From: Puniceicoccales bacterium
GTDB lineage: Bacteria; Verrucomicrobiota; Verrucomicrobiia; Opitutales; JAIRKQ01
Reading direction: 5' to 3'
Assembly: GCA_031266155.1 (NCBI GenBank)
Contig: JAISBO010000040.1
Span: forward strand, 1-58,080
Length of the DNA: 58,080 nt
This document shows positions 1 through 11,215 of this stretch, piece after piece. A model generated the notes under the pieces. That model had not been told where the DNA came from, did not search any database, and was given only the letters and a program-made list of their open reading frames with translations. The number at the start of each line of letters is the position of its first letter. Positions within the stretch are counted from its first letter, which is position 1. Both the position numbers and the translations under genes were made by a program.

Positions 1-54
1 AGTTTGTTTTTACCATTGACTTCCCTATTAGCTTATAATTAGTTTATATATACT

Positions 55-903
55 ATGATTAAATTTTTGGCTATGCTGATAGTATATCCTGTCAAATGGG
101 TGGCGGAGTCTGTTTTGAAACTGGTAACCATAGTGGCCATTCTCGCATGCCTAATTCTTTTAGCTGGAAATTTCTGGATTCCAACGGCCCTTGAAAGTAT
201 CCTGACAAACATGTCTGGATTTAAAACGTCGGTTGGGAAATCTAACGGTTCAATTTTTCGAGGACGTTTTGATTTGAAGGATTTTAAAATGCAAAATCCG
301 GATTCGTTGTTCCACTCAAAGGATTTTATTTCCATAAATAACATTGTTGCCGATGTTGATATATCGAGCCTATGGAAAGACACGATTGTTATGAAAGAAG
401 CAGTCCTGGATATCAACGATTTGACAATGGTGACAAATCCGGAAGGGAAAAATAATTACACCGTCCTAATCAAAAATTTTAAGCAAGAAGATCAAACGGC
501 AAAAAAAGAAACACCAAAAACGGTGGATGATGGGAAACATAGCCTGAAAAAATCAGTTTTGATAAAAAATTTAGTGCTATCTATTTCCACGGTTCATGTC
601 ATTGATGAACATAAAAATTCATCGAGAGAGTATAAAATCGATTACCGCAAGGAATTTCATGATGTCAGCGACTTTACAAAAATCGAGAAACAATTGATTG
701 GTGATCTCGGGAAATTTGGCATATCCATCATGATAGATTCAATAATTTCGTCAATTCCAATAGTTCCCACCGTTGCAACCGACGGAATCATTAAAATAAA
801 AGACATTTCTCTGGATACTGCCAGTAAGACGAAAGATCTCGCAGGGAAAATTGGTACTAATATCAGCGACGGGATAAAACACCTGATAAAAAAAGACAAA
901 TAA
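55..903 (+). CDS. hypothetical membrane-anchored protein
   Basis: 282-aa ORF from ATG. It has a hydrophobic N-terminal helix (LVTIVAILACLILLAGNFWIP) followed by a polar Lys/Asp-rich region. I recognise no family motif. Its stop lies 1 nt from the convergent atpH stop. Confidence 0.5.
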   Translation: MIKFLAMLIVYPVKWVAESVLKLVTIVAILACLILLAGNFWIPTALESILTNMSGFKTSVGKSNGSIFRGRFDLKDFKMQNPDSLFHSKDFISINNIVADVDISSLWKDTIVMKEAVLDINDLTMVTNPEGKNNYTVLIKNFKQEDQTAKKETPKTVDDGKHSLKKSVLIKNLVLSISTVHVIDEHKNSSREYKIDYRKEFHDVSDFTKIEKQLIGDLGKFGISIMIDSIISSIPIVPTVATDGIIKIKDISLDTASKTKDLAGKIGTNISDGIKHLIKKDK

Positions 904-904
904 A

Positions 905-1309
905 TTACTTTGTCCCCATAGATTTTTTGTAAGCGTTAAGGACTCCAGCGATGGAATTTTCGATGACTAAATCTGCAATGAATATACGAATCCCAGCGAT
1001 GAGATCATTGGAGCATTCGACAGAAACGGACAGTCTTTTTCCCAGAGCCTTTTCAAAGTGAGACCGCAGAGCTTCTATGCTAGAACCAGATAGGTCACCA
1101 CAGTGCTCAATTTTCATCGATGTCTGAACGACAAACTTTTCGAGGGCAGCCAAATAGGCACACAGTATGGATTTTAGTTCCCTCCCTCCATAAATTTCCT
1201 TCAAAACCGCAATGACCTCCCCTACCCTTTCACTGTCCAACAGCGAATCCTTCCCCAAAGAAAGTTTAACCAACTCGGGTACCAATAACTGAAATCTATG
1301 GTTTTTCAT
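905..1309 (-). CDS. atpH: F1 ATP synthase subunit delta (OSCP-like), unusually short
   Basis: 134 aa, with a 4-nt ATGA overlap with atpF and the expected position after a-c-b. The C-terminal block NDLIAGIRIFIADLVIENSIAGVLNAY resembles the conserved delta C-terminus. It is about 45 aa shorter than typical delta subunits. Confidence 0.65.
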   Translation of the reverse strand: MKNHRFQLLVPELVKLSLGKDSLLDSERVGEVIAVLKEIYGGRELKSILCAYLAALEKFVVQTSMKIEHCGDLSGSSIEALRSHFEKALGKRLSVSVECSNDLIAGIRIFIADLVIENSIAGVLNAYKKSMGTK

Positions 1310-1827
1310 TGCAAATTTTCCAACATCAGTGCTTTCTCAGCCGATAGAAGGTATTTGTTTCTTTCCTCAGCGTTCAATTGTGTAGACAATACGCTTTGAG
1401 AAATATCGACTACAAGTGTTCCGATCTCCGACTTAACATCTTGGAGCATTTTATCGTGCTGCAAAGCAATTTCTTTCTTGGCGCTGGATATCATATTATC
1501 AGCCAACTTGCGAGATTCCATCTTCTCTTGTTCCAAAAGGACCTTAGCGCTACTTTTGGCCGATTGAATCATTTCCTCTGCTTCCTTTTTTACGGATGTA
1601 ATTCTTTCGGTGCGTGAATTTTCAAAGGCAGAAATTTCCTTTTGCATTTTATCGGCATATGCCAGTCCAGATTCTATTTTTTCACGCCTTTCAGCCATTA
1701 CATTGATAACGCTTTTGAAGCCAAATTTATATAGTAAAAATGTTACGAGCAAAAAATTCAGCGATTGAATGAGCAATAGATGCCAGTCAACACCGAATTT
1801 ATTCAAAAGACTACCAATATCAACCAT
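1306..1827 (-). CDS. atpF: F0 ATP synthase subunit b
   Basis: 173 aa with a single N-terminal TM (LLIQSLNFLLVTFLLY) and then a long charged helix. It sits between atpE and atpH. Confidence 0.8.
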   Translation of the reverse strand: MVDIGSLLNKFGVDWHLLLIQSLNFLLVTFLLYKFGFKSVINVMAERREKIESGLAYADKMQKEISAFENSRTERITSVKKEAEEMIQSAKSSAKVLLEQEKMESRKLADNMISSAKKEIALQHDKMLQDVKSEIGTLVVDISQSVLSTQLNAEERNKYLLSAEKALMLENLQ

Positions 1828-1866
1828 GGTAAATGATCATTGTTCCACTATGCATAGGCCAAGGCA

Positions 1867-2085
1867 CTATGAAAAGAATAGAGCATAGAACGCAATGGCT
1901 TCCGCCAAGGCCATGCCCAGAATGGATTGTACTAAAATTTTACCGGAGGCCCCCGGGTTTCGCCCTACCACATCAACGGCTTTTGTCCCGATGCAGGTAA
2001 CTCCTATGGCTGCAGTGGCACAACCGAAAGTTTGGACTAATCCTTTGGCGATATCACCGGTCAATTCAGCTATTATATTCAACAT
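1867..2085 (-). CDS. atpE: F0 ATP synthase subunit c
   Basis: 72-aa helical hairpin with a GRNPG loop and the ion-binding carboxylate in LAEAIAFYALF. The residue after the Glu is Ala, which fits an H+-type site. Confidence 0.9.
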   Translation of the reverse strand: MLNIIAELTGDIAKGLVQTFGCATAAIGVTCIGTKAVDVVGRNPGASGKILVQSILGMALAEAIAFYALFFS

Positions 2086-2106
2086 ATTTTCCCTTTCTTA
2101 AAAGTT

Positions 2107-3024
2107 TCATCCATGGGCGTGATCTTCTTGATTGCACACTAGCCCAATGTAAACGGATGCTAATAGTGTAAAAACAAAAGATTGTATAATTGCAACAAGA
2201 AATTCTAAAAAGTAAAATGGCAACGGAATTAGGTAAGCTATATAATTTACAATCGGTATGTTCTTCAAAACACTGGAAAAACCGTACATGTTATGCAATA
2301 AGTTTTCGCCACCAAAAGTATTGCCAAATAGTCTAAAGGACAGCGAAACAATTCGGCAGAGAATTGAAATACATTCCACTAATCCAACGGCCATAAAAAG
2401 AACATACAATCCACCATATATTGCCGATGAAATCTCGGATTTTTCAGCTTTATTTCCAAAAATCTCAAAGCATACTCCTTTTACGCCCGCACACCGGATA
2501 CCGAAATATCCCCACGCAAAAAAAGATACCAGTGCCAGTGCCAGCGTTGTATTTAAGTCGGAATTGGCAGGCCTAAAAAACGGTCTAAATTCGCCGTCCA
2601 CATTGATCCCTACGCTCCCAATGCCGGGCAATAGGCCGCACACATTTTGTAGTAGTATGAAAAAGAAAATACCGAGCAAATAGGGAAAAACCATCCGGAA
2701 TGCTTTATTTCCTATGATTGGTTCGATAATTCCACGTAATCCCCCGATGACGGACTCTATTATCGCCTGGCCAGTGGATGGAATGATTTTTACTCCTCCC
2801 CGTAAAGCAAATCTCACCAAAAAAATTATCAGCATTGAAATTATCCATGTCAGTATAATGGAATCTGTTATGACGAATTTACCAATTGAAAACACTCCCG
2901 TCGATGAGGAGCTAACACCCTCTCCATGGCCCGCACAACATGCCATATTTGGCAGTAGTACAAGACCCATAAGAATCAACATCAATCTAACAAAGCAACT
3001 TTTTAATATTCTAATCACCGACAA
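2107..3024 (-). CDS. atpB: F0 ATP synthase subunit a
   Basis: 305-aa polytopic protein with the conserved SLSFRLFGNTFGGE motif containing the essential Arg. It is the first gene of the atp cluster. Confidence 0.9.
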   Translation of the reverse strand: MSVIRILKSCFVRLMLILMGLVLLPNMACCAGHGEGVSSSSTGVFSIGKFVITDSIILTWIISMLIIFLVRFALRGGVKIIPSTGQAIIESVIGGLRGIIEPIIGNKAFRMVFPYLLGIFFFILLQNVCGLLPGIGSVGINVDGEFRPFFRPANSDLNTTLALALVSFFAWGYFGIRCAGVKGVCFEIFGNKAEKSEISSAIYGGLYVLFMAVGLVECISILCRIVSLSFRLFGNTFGGENLLHNMYGFSSVLKNIPIVNYIAYLIPLPFYFLEFLVAIIQSFVFTLLASVYIGLVCNQEDHAHG

Positions 3025-3360
3025 CCAATATCGTCCCTATGAAAAACATTTTTACCAAAATTGCAATCTAATATGAACTCTCGGTCCAATAAAAGCACAT
3101 TCCCTATTTGTTTAATACGCCTTTGTTCGCATTTCCACTATTACTACGGGAACTTCAACTTTCTAATCAATGAGGCGACACTCTTCAGGTCCTTCTCCCC
3201 TGTCCACCCCTTCGTAGGATCTGATCCTAGTCAAAAACTTTTTTCAAACTTCTTTCAAATATTAACTTTTTACGATTTATTTCTTGAGTCGCAGACTTCA
3301 ATCTTTAAATCAACTTACCATTGGTCACTATGAAGTTATGAAGTATAGATACGGCAAGTC

Positions 3361-5550
3361 ATGATAGGAATTTTTTACATTGTACCTCTTGTCGCTGTTA
3401 TTGCGTTTTCGTTTGCGTGGTATTTTTTCGTAAACATGAAAAAAGAAAACCAGGGATCGGAAAAAATGGTAGAGATTGCATCGCGGGTGGCTGCCGGGGC
3501 GATGGTATACCTAAAACAGCAGTATAGGGTAGTTGTGCTCATATTCGTCCTAATAGCGGCATTATTGGCATGTTTGTCCTACGGATTCGGGTTACAGAAT
3601 CGATGGGTTCCCTTTGCTTTTTTGACCGCAGGATTTTGTTCAGGCCTGGCAGGTTTCTGCGGAATGGTAACCGCAACGAGTGCATCTTCCAGGACCGCAT
3701 ATGCTACGTCAAAATCCCTCAATGCGGGATTAAAAATTGCTTTCCGTAGCGGTGCCGTAATGGGTTTGGTGGTCGTAGGATTGGCATTGGTTGATTATTC
3801 AATTTGGTTTTTGATATTAAATAGGTTTTCGGGGGATTTGGTTGGTTCCCAAAAGTTAATTTGGGTGACCAATACGATGTTGACCTTTGCCATGGGGACA
3901 TCTCTACAGGCCCTATTCGCACGCGTTGGAGGAGGAATCTTTACGAAAGCTGCAGACGTTGGAGCAGACCTTGTGGGTAAGGTAGAAGCCGGAATCCCAG
4001 AAGATGATCCCAGAAATCCTGCCACCATAGCTGACAATGTGGGCGACAATGTGGGCGACGTTGCCGGAATGGGTGCAGATCTATACGAATCATACTATGG
4101 ATCAATATTAGCAGCGGCAGCGTTAGGAGCGGCTGCTTTTGCAGGATCAGATCCGAAAATACAGCTGATGGCTGTCATAGCCCCCGTTATGATATGTATC
4201 GTGGGAATTATGGCTTCGATCATAGGTATATTTTTTGTAAAAACACGGGAAGGAGCTAGTAGTTTAGAGCTACTAAAATCCCTAAACTACGGAATTAGGA
4301 TCAGTTCCCTGATAATATGTGTCGGCTCATTCATAGCTTTAAAGCTACTCAACATTCCAAACGCAATTGGAATTTGGGGAGCGGTAATGTTTGGATTGCT
4401 TACGGGGATATACATCGGCAAGTCCACGGAATATTTCACATCCGAAGCCTACGGACCGACAAAAGTAATCGCGCAAAATGCCACTACGGGATCGGCAACC
4501 GTGATAATATCAGGTTTCGGCACGGGTATGCTATCCACCTTCTTGCCGGTTTTGGCCGTGACCATCGGGACAATGTTAGCATTTTACTTTGCATCGGGAT
4601 TCAATGCGAGCAACGTTTCCATGGGGTTGTATGGCATTGGGCTCGCTGCCGTTGGGATGCTATCAACGCTAGGAATTACGCTGGCTACCGATGCCTATGG
4701 CCCCATAGCCGATAATGCCGGTGGAAATGCTGAAATGAGTGGCCTTCCTTCCGAAGTTAGGCAAAAAACAGATGCCCTGGATTCCTTGGGAAATACGACG
4801 GCTGCCACGGGGAAAGGGTTCGCCATTGGGTCCGCAGCATTGACCGCTTTGGCCCTAATAACATCATATGTCGAGGGCATTCGACTGGAATTGCTTAAGG
4901 CGGGACAAAAATTTATTTCCGTAGGAAACATTCAAATTGACCTTACAACTGCTAAATTGTGCGACATCATGCATTGCTACGATGTTCACATGTTAAACCC
5001 CAAGGTCATGTCTGGGATGTTTATTGGTGCCATGCTAACGTTTGTTTTCTGCGGACTAACGACCATGGCTGTGGGGCGTGCAGCCGGAAAAATGGTCACC
5101 GAGGTTCGAAAACAATTTCGTGAAATCAAGGGAATCATGACCGGGGAAAGTGTTCCAGACTATGAACGTTGCATAACCATAGCGACAGCGGCAGCTCAAA
5201 AAGAAATGATCATTCCTGCGCTGATTGCAATTGTTTCTCCCATTTTAATTTCCATTATCTTTGGCGTCCCAGGCATATTGGGATTGCTCGGAGGTTCTCT
5301 TTCCACCGGATTTGTCCTAGCCTCGTTCATGTCCAACGCTGGAGGGGCATGGGACAATGCTAAAAAATACATCGAAACTGGCATTTTGGGCGGAAAACAT
5401 TCCGAAGCCCACAAAGCTGCGGTCATCGGTGATACGGTGGGGGACCCCTTTAAAGATACTGCCGGTCCAAGTTTAAATATTCTCATTAAGCTCATGGCGA
5501 TAGTATCACTTGTAACCATCGGCATTGCAATTTCCTACAGCCTGCTATGA
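3361..5550 (+). CDS. hppA: membrane-bound K+-dependent-type pyrophosphatase (H+/Na+-translocating)
   Basis: 729 aa with the motifs [61 protein letters not shown] and [16 protein letters not shown]. Ala rather than Lys in GNTTAA marks the K+-dependent subfamily. Confidence 0.95.
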   Translation: MIGIFYIVPLVAVIAFSFAWYFFVNMKKENQGSEKMVEIASRVAAGAMVYLKQQYRVVVLIFVLIAALLACLSYGFGLQNRWVPFAFLTAGFCSGLAGFCGMVTATSASSRTAYATSKSLNAGLKIAFRSGAVMGLVVVGLALVDYSIWFLILNRFSGDLVGSQKLIWVTNTMLTFAMGTSLQALFARVGGGIFTKAADVGADLVGKVEAGIPEDDPRNPATIADNVGDNVGDVAGMGADLYESYYGSILAAAALGAAAFAGSDPKIQLMAVIAPVMICIVGIMASIIGIFFVKTREGASSLELLKSLNYGIRISSLIICVGSFIALKLLNIPNAIGIWGAVMFGLLTGIYIGKSTEYFTSEAYGPTKVIAQNATTGSATVIISGFGTGMLSTFLPVLAVTIGTMLAFYFASGFNASNVSMGLYGIGLAAVGMLSTLGITLATDAYGPIADNAGGNAEMSGLPSEVRQKTDALDSLGNTTAATGKGFAIGSAALTALALITSYVEGIRLELLKAGQKFISVGNIQIDLTTAKLCDIMHCYDVHMLNPKVMSGMFIGAMLTFVFCGLTTMAVGRAAGKMVTEVRKQFREIKGIMTGESVPDYERCITIATAAAQKEMIIPALIAIVSPILISIIFGVPGILGLLGGSLSTGFVLASFMSNAGGAWDNAKKYIETGILGGKHSEAHKAAVIGDTVGDPFKDTAGPSLNILIKLMAIVSLVTIGIAISYSLL

Positions 5551-6734
5551 GGTTGGTCTAGCTCTCCCACGATGCTAATTTCTTCGGACCCGATACCTAG
5601 TTCTTGGAACCTTTTCCCTTGAGGAACCAGTCTAGAATCTGCGGAAGTGCGCATTTTATTGAATGCTTCGACGGTGTTCGCCAAAGATTTTCCCATGCCG
5701 TTGAAGTGTTCGAAAAATACTTTCAGGCGAGCATACATTTCTTTTCCGACCTCGGCAATTTCCCTTGCTTCATTAGCAAGACATGCCTGTTTCCAACCAT
5801 ACGATATGGCCTTTAGAATGGCGATCAGCGTGGCTGGAGTTGCCAAGATTACACGTTTTTCAGCCCCGAATTCCAACAGCTCTCCATTGGCCCGAAAGGC
5901 GTCTCCCAGGAAACTTTCTCCAGGTAAAAATAAAATTACAAATTCCGGACAATTTTCAAATTGTTGCCAATAATGTTTGGAGCTCAACTTTTCTATGTGC
6001 CGTTTTATTTGTGTCGCAAAACTTCCCAGTGCTGTCTGTTGGTCAGATTTAGACTTTGCTGAAATTGCTTCCAAGTATCCGGATAGCGGGGTTTTGGCAT
6101 CGACGACGATGGTCCTCGAATTTGGCAGTTTTATCACCATGTCGGGTCTAAAGCCCTGCCCTTCCGATGAAATAATATGCTGCTGTTCTTCGAAATCTAC
6201 GTGTTCCATCATGCCAGCCAATTCGACCGTTCTTCGCAGCTGCATCTCACCCCACTGTCCGCGAAAATCTGGTTTCCTCAGGGCATTGGATAAATTATTT
6301 GTTTCTTCCTGTAGCGCGACACTGGCCTGTTGGGATAGTTTCAATTGTTCCGCCAAACTGAAATAGGCCGATTGTCTTTGATCTTCCAAGGTTTTAAGCT
6401 TTTCATCGAACAATTTTAATGTACTTTCAATGGGCTTTACCCTGTTACCAAATTCGTTATGAGCTTCGTGGGTCAGGGCATCGAAGGAGTTTTTGGCCAA
6501 CAGTAAAAATGCCTCATTATTGTCCTTTAGTGCTTTGGCAGACAACTGTTCAAATTGTTCCTGCCATTTTTGATTGAGGTTGTCTCGCTCTTCGATCCTT
6601 TCATTTGCCACGGCCAGACGAATTTCTGCTTCCGCTAGTTTCCTCTGCACGATATCTAGCTTTGCACTCTTTTTTACATAAGCTAAGGAAACGCACAGCA
6701 GGGCCACCCCGAAAATTATTTCAACGATTAGCAT
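5535..6734 (-). CDS. rmuC: DNA recombination protein RmuC
   Basis: 399 aa with an N-terminal TM and coiled coil, then the RmuC core (RPDMVIKLPNSRTIVVDAKTPL, ILFLPGESF). Its 3' end overlaps the hppA 3' end by 16 nt, in convergent orientation. Confidence 0.85.
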   Translation of the reverse strand: MLIVEIIFGVALLCVSLAYVKKSAKLDIVQRKLAEAEIRLAVANERIEERDNLNQKWQEQFEQLSAKALKDNNEAFLLLAKNSFDALTHEAHNEFGNRVKPIESTLKLFDEKLKTLEDQRQSAYFSLAEQLKLSQQASVALQEETNNLSNALRKPDFRGQWGEMQLRRTVELAGMMEHVDFEEQQHIISSEGQGFRPDMVIKLPNSRTIVVDAKTPLSGYLEAISAKSKSDQQTALGSFATQIKRHIEKLSSKHYWQQFENCPEFVILFLPGESFLGDAFRANGELLEFGAEKRVILATPATLIAILKAISYGWKQACLANEAREIAEVGKEMYARLKVFFEHFNGMGKSLANTVEAFNKMRTSADSRLVPQGKRFQELGIGSEEISIVGELDQPHSRL

Positions 6735-6760
6735 GCCTTTTCTCTAGTGAAAAGGGAATG

Positions 6761-7624
6761 TTATGCCACCAAATTCGCCAGTTCTACCATCGATTTTTCG
6801 CTCAACCTTCCGAGTGGCGAACGGCATTCGGCCGATGAAATAATGTTTTTGGACTTTAGTAAAAATTTGATGGGAAGCGGATTTGTTTCTATGAATAATT
6901 TGCTCATCATGGGCATTAATGTTTGATACATTTTCAATGCCCCGTGGAAATTTCCATCGCCTGCTAATTTAACTAAGTCGGCCATTTCTCGCGGGACGAT
7001 GTTTGACATGACACTTACGACCCCTACCGCTCCCAGTGCCATGAATGGTAGTGTCATGGAATCGTTCCCGCTGAGTACTGCTAAATCTTTGCCGAAAATT
7101 TTTACCATTGTTTCCACCCGGGAACAACTTTCCGACGCTTCCTTTATGGCAACTATGTTGGAATATTTTTCCCGCAGCTTAATGACGGTATCGATGGCTA
7201 TTTCTACCCCTGTTCGCGAAGGAACCGAGTACAATACTATCGGTCTATCCGTCGAATCGGCAATCTTGCCATAATATTCAATTAATCCCGACTGGGTAGG
7301 TTTATTGTAATAGGGGGTTACCACCAGAAATCCATTGACTCCTAGACCATGGGCTATTTTTGTTTTTTCAACTGCCTTTTTTGTATCGCAGGATCCAACC
7401 CCAACGAAAACATTGGTTTGCTTTGCTTCCCCTTTGGCCGTTTCGATGAGAGTGATAAATTCTTCCTCCGCCAATACGGGAGATTCTCCCGTTGTTCCCG
7501 CCACAATTATTCCATCAACTCCGCCATTAACCTGCTGTTTAATTAAATTTTTGAAGTCCTTCAATTCCACCGCTTCGTTTACGAACGGTGTGACAACTGC
7601 AGTGTATAGACCTTTTAGTAGCAT
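6761..7624 (-). CDS. dapA: 4-hydroxy-tetrahydrodipicolinate synthase
   Basis: 287 aa with the GTTGESP motif and the Schiff-base Lys context VAIKEASES, as in the DapA/NanA aldolase family. Confidence 0.9.
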   Translation of the reverse strand: MLLKGLYTAVVTPFVNEAVELKDFKNLIKQQVNGGVDGIIVAGTTGESPVLAEEEFITLIETAKGEAKQTNVFVGVGSCDTKKAVEKTKIAHGLGVNGFLVVTPYYNKPTQSGLIEYYGKIADSTDRPIVLYSVPSRTGVEIAIDTVIKLREKYSNIVAIKEASESCSRVETMVKIFGKDLAVLSGNDSMTLPFMALGAVGVVSVMSNIVPREMADLVKLAGDGNFHGALKMYQTLMPMMSKLFIETNPLPIKFLLKSKNIISSAECRSPLGRLSEKSMVELANLVA

Positions 7625-7693
7625 AAGGTAACCCTTTACTGCGGTGCAATAAAAACATTATTTTTACCTTTAGCCATGAAAAAGTGATGAAAT

Positions 7694-7712
7694 ATTTTAG
7701 GTTTCCTAAAAT
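7694..7712 (-). terminator. weak AT-rich hairpin downstream of the YuiF-like gene
   Basis: ATTTTAGG-ttt-CCTAAAAT forms a perfect 8-bp stem. On the minus strand a T-containing tail follows. The stem is mostly A/T, so it is weak. Confidence 0.3.
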
Positions 7713-7751
7713 TTCAGGCCACCCATGGATTTTTCTGGACCAATAGGGAAG

Positions 7752-9104
7752 TTATAACAAAACAGACGCTATCCAGCCGAACAAAAATGTCGGAATGGTT
7801 AGATGTAGGAACGTTGGGATTGCGGTATCGCGGACCAACGAGTGTTGCCCATCCACATTTAATCCCATGGTTGGTCCAAGTATGGAATCCGACGCCGGGG
7901 ATCCTGCATCCCCCGTAATTCCGGACACGGCCACTATTATTGCAATGGCAGCTGGACTAAACCCCAATTTTAACCCCAGAGGGACATACACGGTAGCAAC
8001 GATCGGAACCGTAGAAAACGATGATCCAATGCCAACGGATATCAAAAATCCTAAAAACAACATGCTAAACGATGCTAGGATTTTGCTATTTAGCATATGC
8101 ACGCTAAGCCAATTTACAATTTCGTCAATGCCGCCAGATATTCGCAGGCTATACCCGAATCCGGCAGCAGCTATCATGGTAAATGATATTAGGGCCATCA
8201 TTTTGAATCCACCGGCGACCACATCATCCGAATCTTTTTTTCTTATGACACCACCGAGCGACAGGAAAAAAAATCCCAGCAATGCGCTTAGAATGATGGC
8301 TTTAACCAGCAGTTGCGTTACCAATGCGGCAACTATTGCAAGGCATGAAACGATGAAATCTTTTCGGGAAAATGCCGCTTCCTTTTCCAAACCTCTCACC
8401 CTAGCATCCTTGTAGCGCCTCGGTTTCCCATATCTAACAAAGGCAAGTAGCAACCCTACCAACATTCCCAAAGCTGGATACAGCAATGCACGGATTAAAT
8501 CCTGTACCGAAATATCCATGCCATTGGCATGTAGGTAATATAACATGATATTTTCTAGAAAAATTTCACCGAATCCCATTGGAATAATCATGTAGGCGAC
8601 TATTACTCCAAATGTGATGATGCAGGCAATCAACCGACGGTCAATTTGCATGGCATTAAAAACTCCAATCATTGGAGGAATTAGAATGGGAATGAATGCA
8701 ATGTGTACGGGGATGATATTTTTACAGGCGATGGCCATCGCTCCTATGGTGAAAAATATAACAAACTTAGCCTGCCTATCCCTTCCCACGCCTGCGATGC
8801 GTTCTTCTCCTTCACTGGAATTGATATTTAATAGGCGGACCATTTTTGCCATCAGAAAATTCGAAAATCCGGAATGGGCCAAAGCAGATGCGAATGCCCC
8901 CAGAATGGCATAGCTTAGGGCAATTTTTGCACCACCTCCAAGTCCTTCTGAAAAATTGGAAACCGCACTTTCGAAGGATGCTCCACTGACCAATCCACAA
9001 ACGATGGCTCCCGTTGTCAGTGCAATCACTACATTTACGCGCAGCACGCATATTATCAAATATACAAGTGAAATTGAAACGATAACTGGATTGAATATTA
9101 ACAT
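7752..9104 (-). CDS. Na+/H+ antiporter-family transporter, YuiF-like
   Basis: 450-aa polytopic protein. The blocks LRVNVVIALTTGAIVCGL, GLGGGAKIALSYAILGAFASAL and IPVHIAFIPILIPPMIGVFNAMQIDRRLIACIITFG match what I recall of Bacillus YuiF-type transporters. Confidence 0.75.
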   Translation of the reverse strand: MLIFNPVIVSISLVYLIICVLRVNVVIALTTGAIVCGLVSGASFESAVSNFSEGLGGGAKIALSYAILGAFASALAHSGFSNFLMAKMVRLLNINSSEGEERIAGVGRDRQAKFVIFFTIGAMAIACKNIIPVHIAFIPILIPPMIGVFNAMQIDRRLIACIITFGVIVAYMIIPMGFGEIFLENIMLYYLHANGMDISVQDLIRALLYPALGMLVGLLLAFVRYGKPRRYKDARVRGLEKEAAFSRKDFIVSCLAIVAALVTQLLVKAIILSALLGFFFLSLGGVIRKKDSDDVVAGGFKMMALISFTMIAAAGFGYSLRISGGIDEIVNWLSVHMLNSKILASFSMLFLGFLISVGIGSSFSTVPIVATVYVPLGLKLGFSPAAIAIIVAVSGITGDAGSPASDSILGPTMGLNVDGQHSLVRDTAIPTFLHLTIPTFLFGWIASVLL

Positions 9105-9181
9105 GCGACTAAAATTACACGTGGTCTAAAAAAATCAAACTGCAAGCAAATAATCGAACCGGTGCAATTACATAAAATTAG

Positions 9182-9200
9182 GGGCCGACTAAGTCGGCCC
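9182..9200 (-). terminator. rho-independent terminator after groEL
   Basis: GGGCCGAC-taa-GTCGGCCC forms a perfect 8-bp GC-rich stem about 35 nt downstream of the groEL stop. On the minus strand it is followed by CTAATTTTAT. Confidence 0.6.
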
Positions 9201-9234
9201 ACCTAAGCTTTAATAATGTAACTGAATTTGCTCG

Positions 9235-10893
<1,659 letters not shown>

Positions 10894-11190
10894 TTATCCC
10901 AAAACCGCTAAAATATCATCCTGCCTTAGCACAACTAAGGTTTCCTTGTCACGTTTTACCTCCGTCCCGCCATACTTACTAATGAAGACACGATCCCCGA
11001 CTTTCACTTCAAACTCCAGGACCTTGCCTTCATCGTTTCTACCGGAACCCAGGGCAATAACTTCTGCTTCCTGGGAGGCTTCCTTAGCAGCATCAGGAAT
11101 AATGATACCACCTTTTATCTGTTCCTGTTCTTCAATTTTCTTGACGAGAACACGATTCCCTAACGGTTTAATTTTAGTTTTAGTTTCCAT
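10894..11190 (-). CDS. groS: co-chaperonin GroES
   Basis: 98 aa ([20 protein letters not shown]..) lying 33 nt upstream of groEL. Confidence 0.95.
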   Translation of the reverse strand: METKTKIKPLGNRVLVKKIEEQEQIKGGIIIPDAAKEASQEAEVIALGSGRNDEGKVLEFEVKVGDRVFISKYGGTEVKRDKETLVVLRQDDILAVLG

Positions 11191-11215
11191 AGCTTATAAT
11201 TGTAAAAAATTCTTC

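Noticed and set aside
3061-3333. 90-aa ORF in the atpB-hppA spacer, considered as atpI
   Set aside because: It is on the wrong strand for an atp operon leader gene. It has no Shine-Dalgarno, and its composition is odd and not membrane-protein-like.
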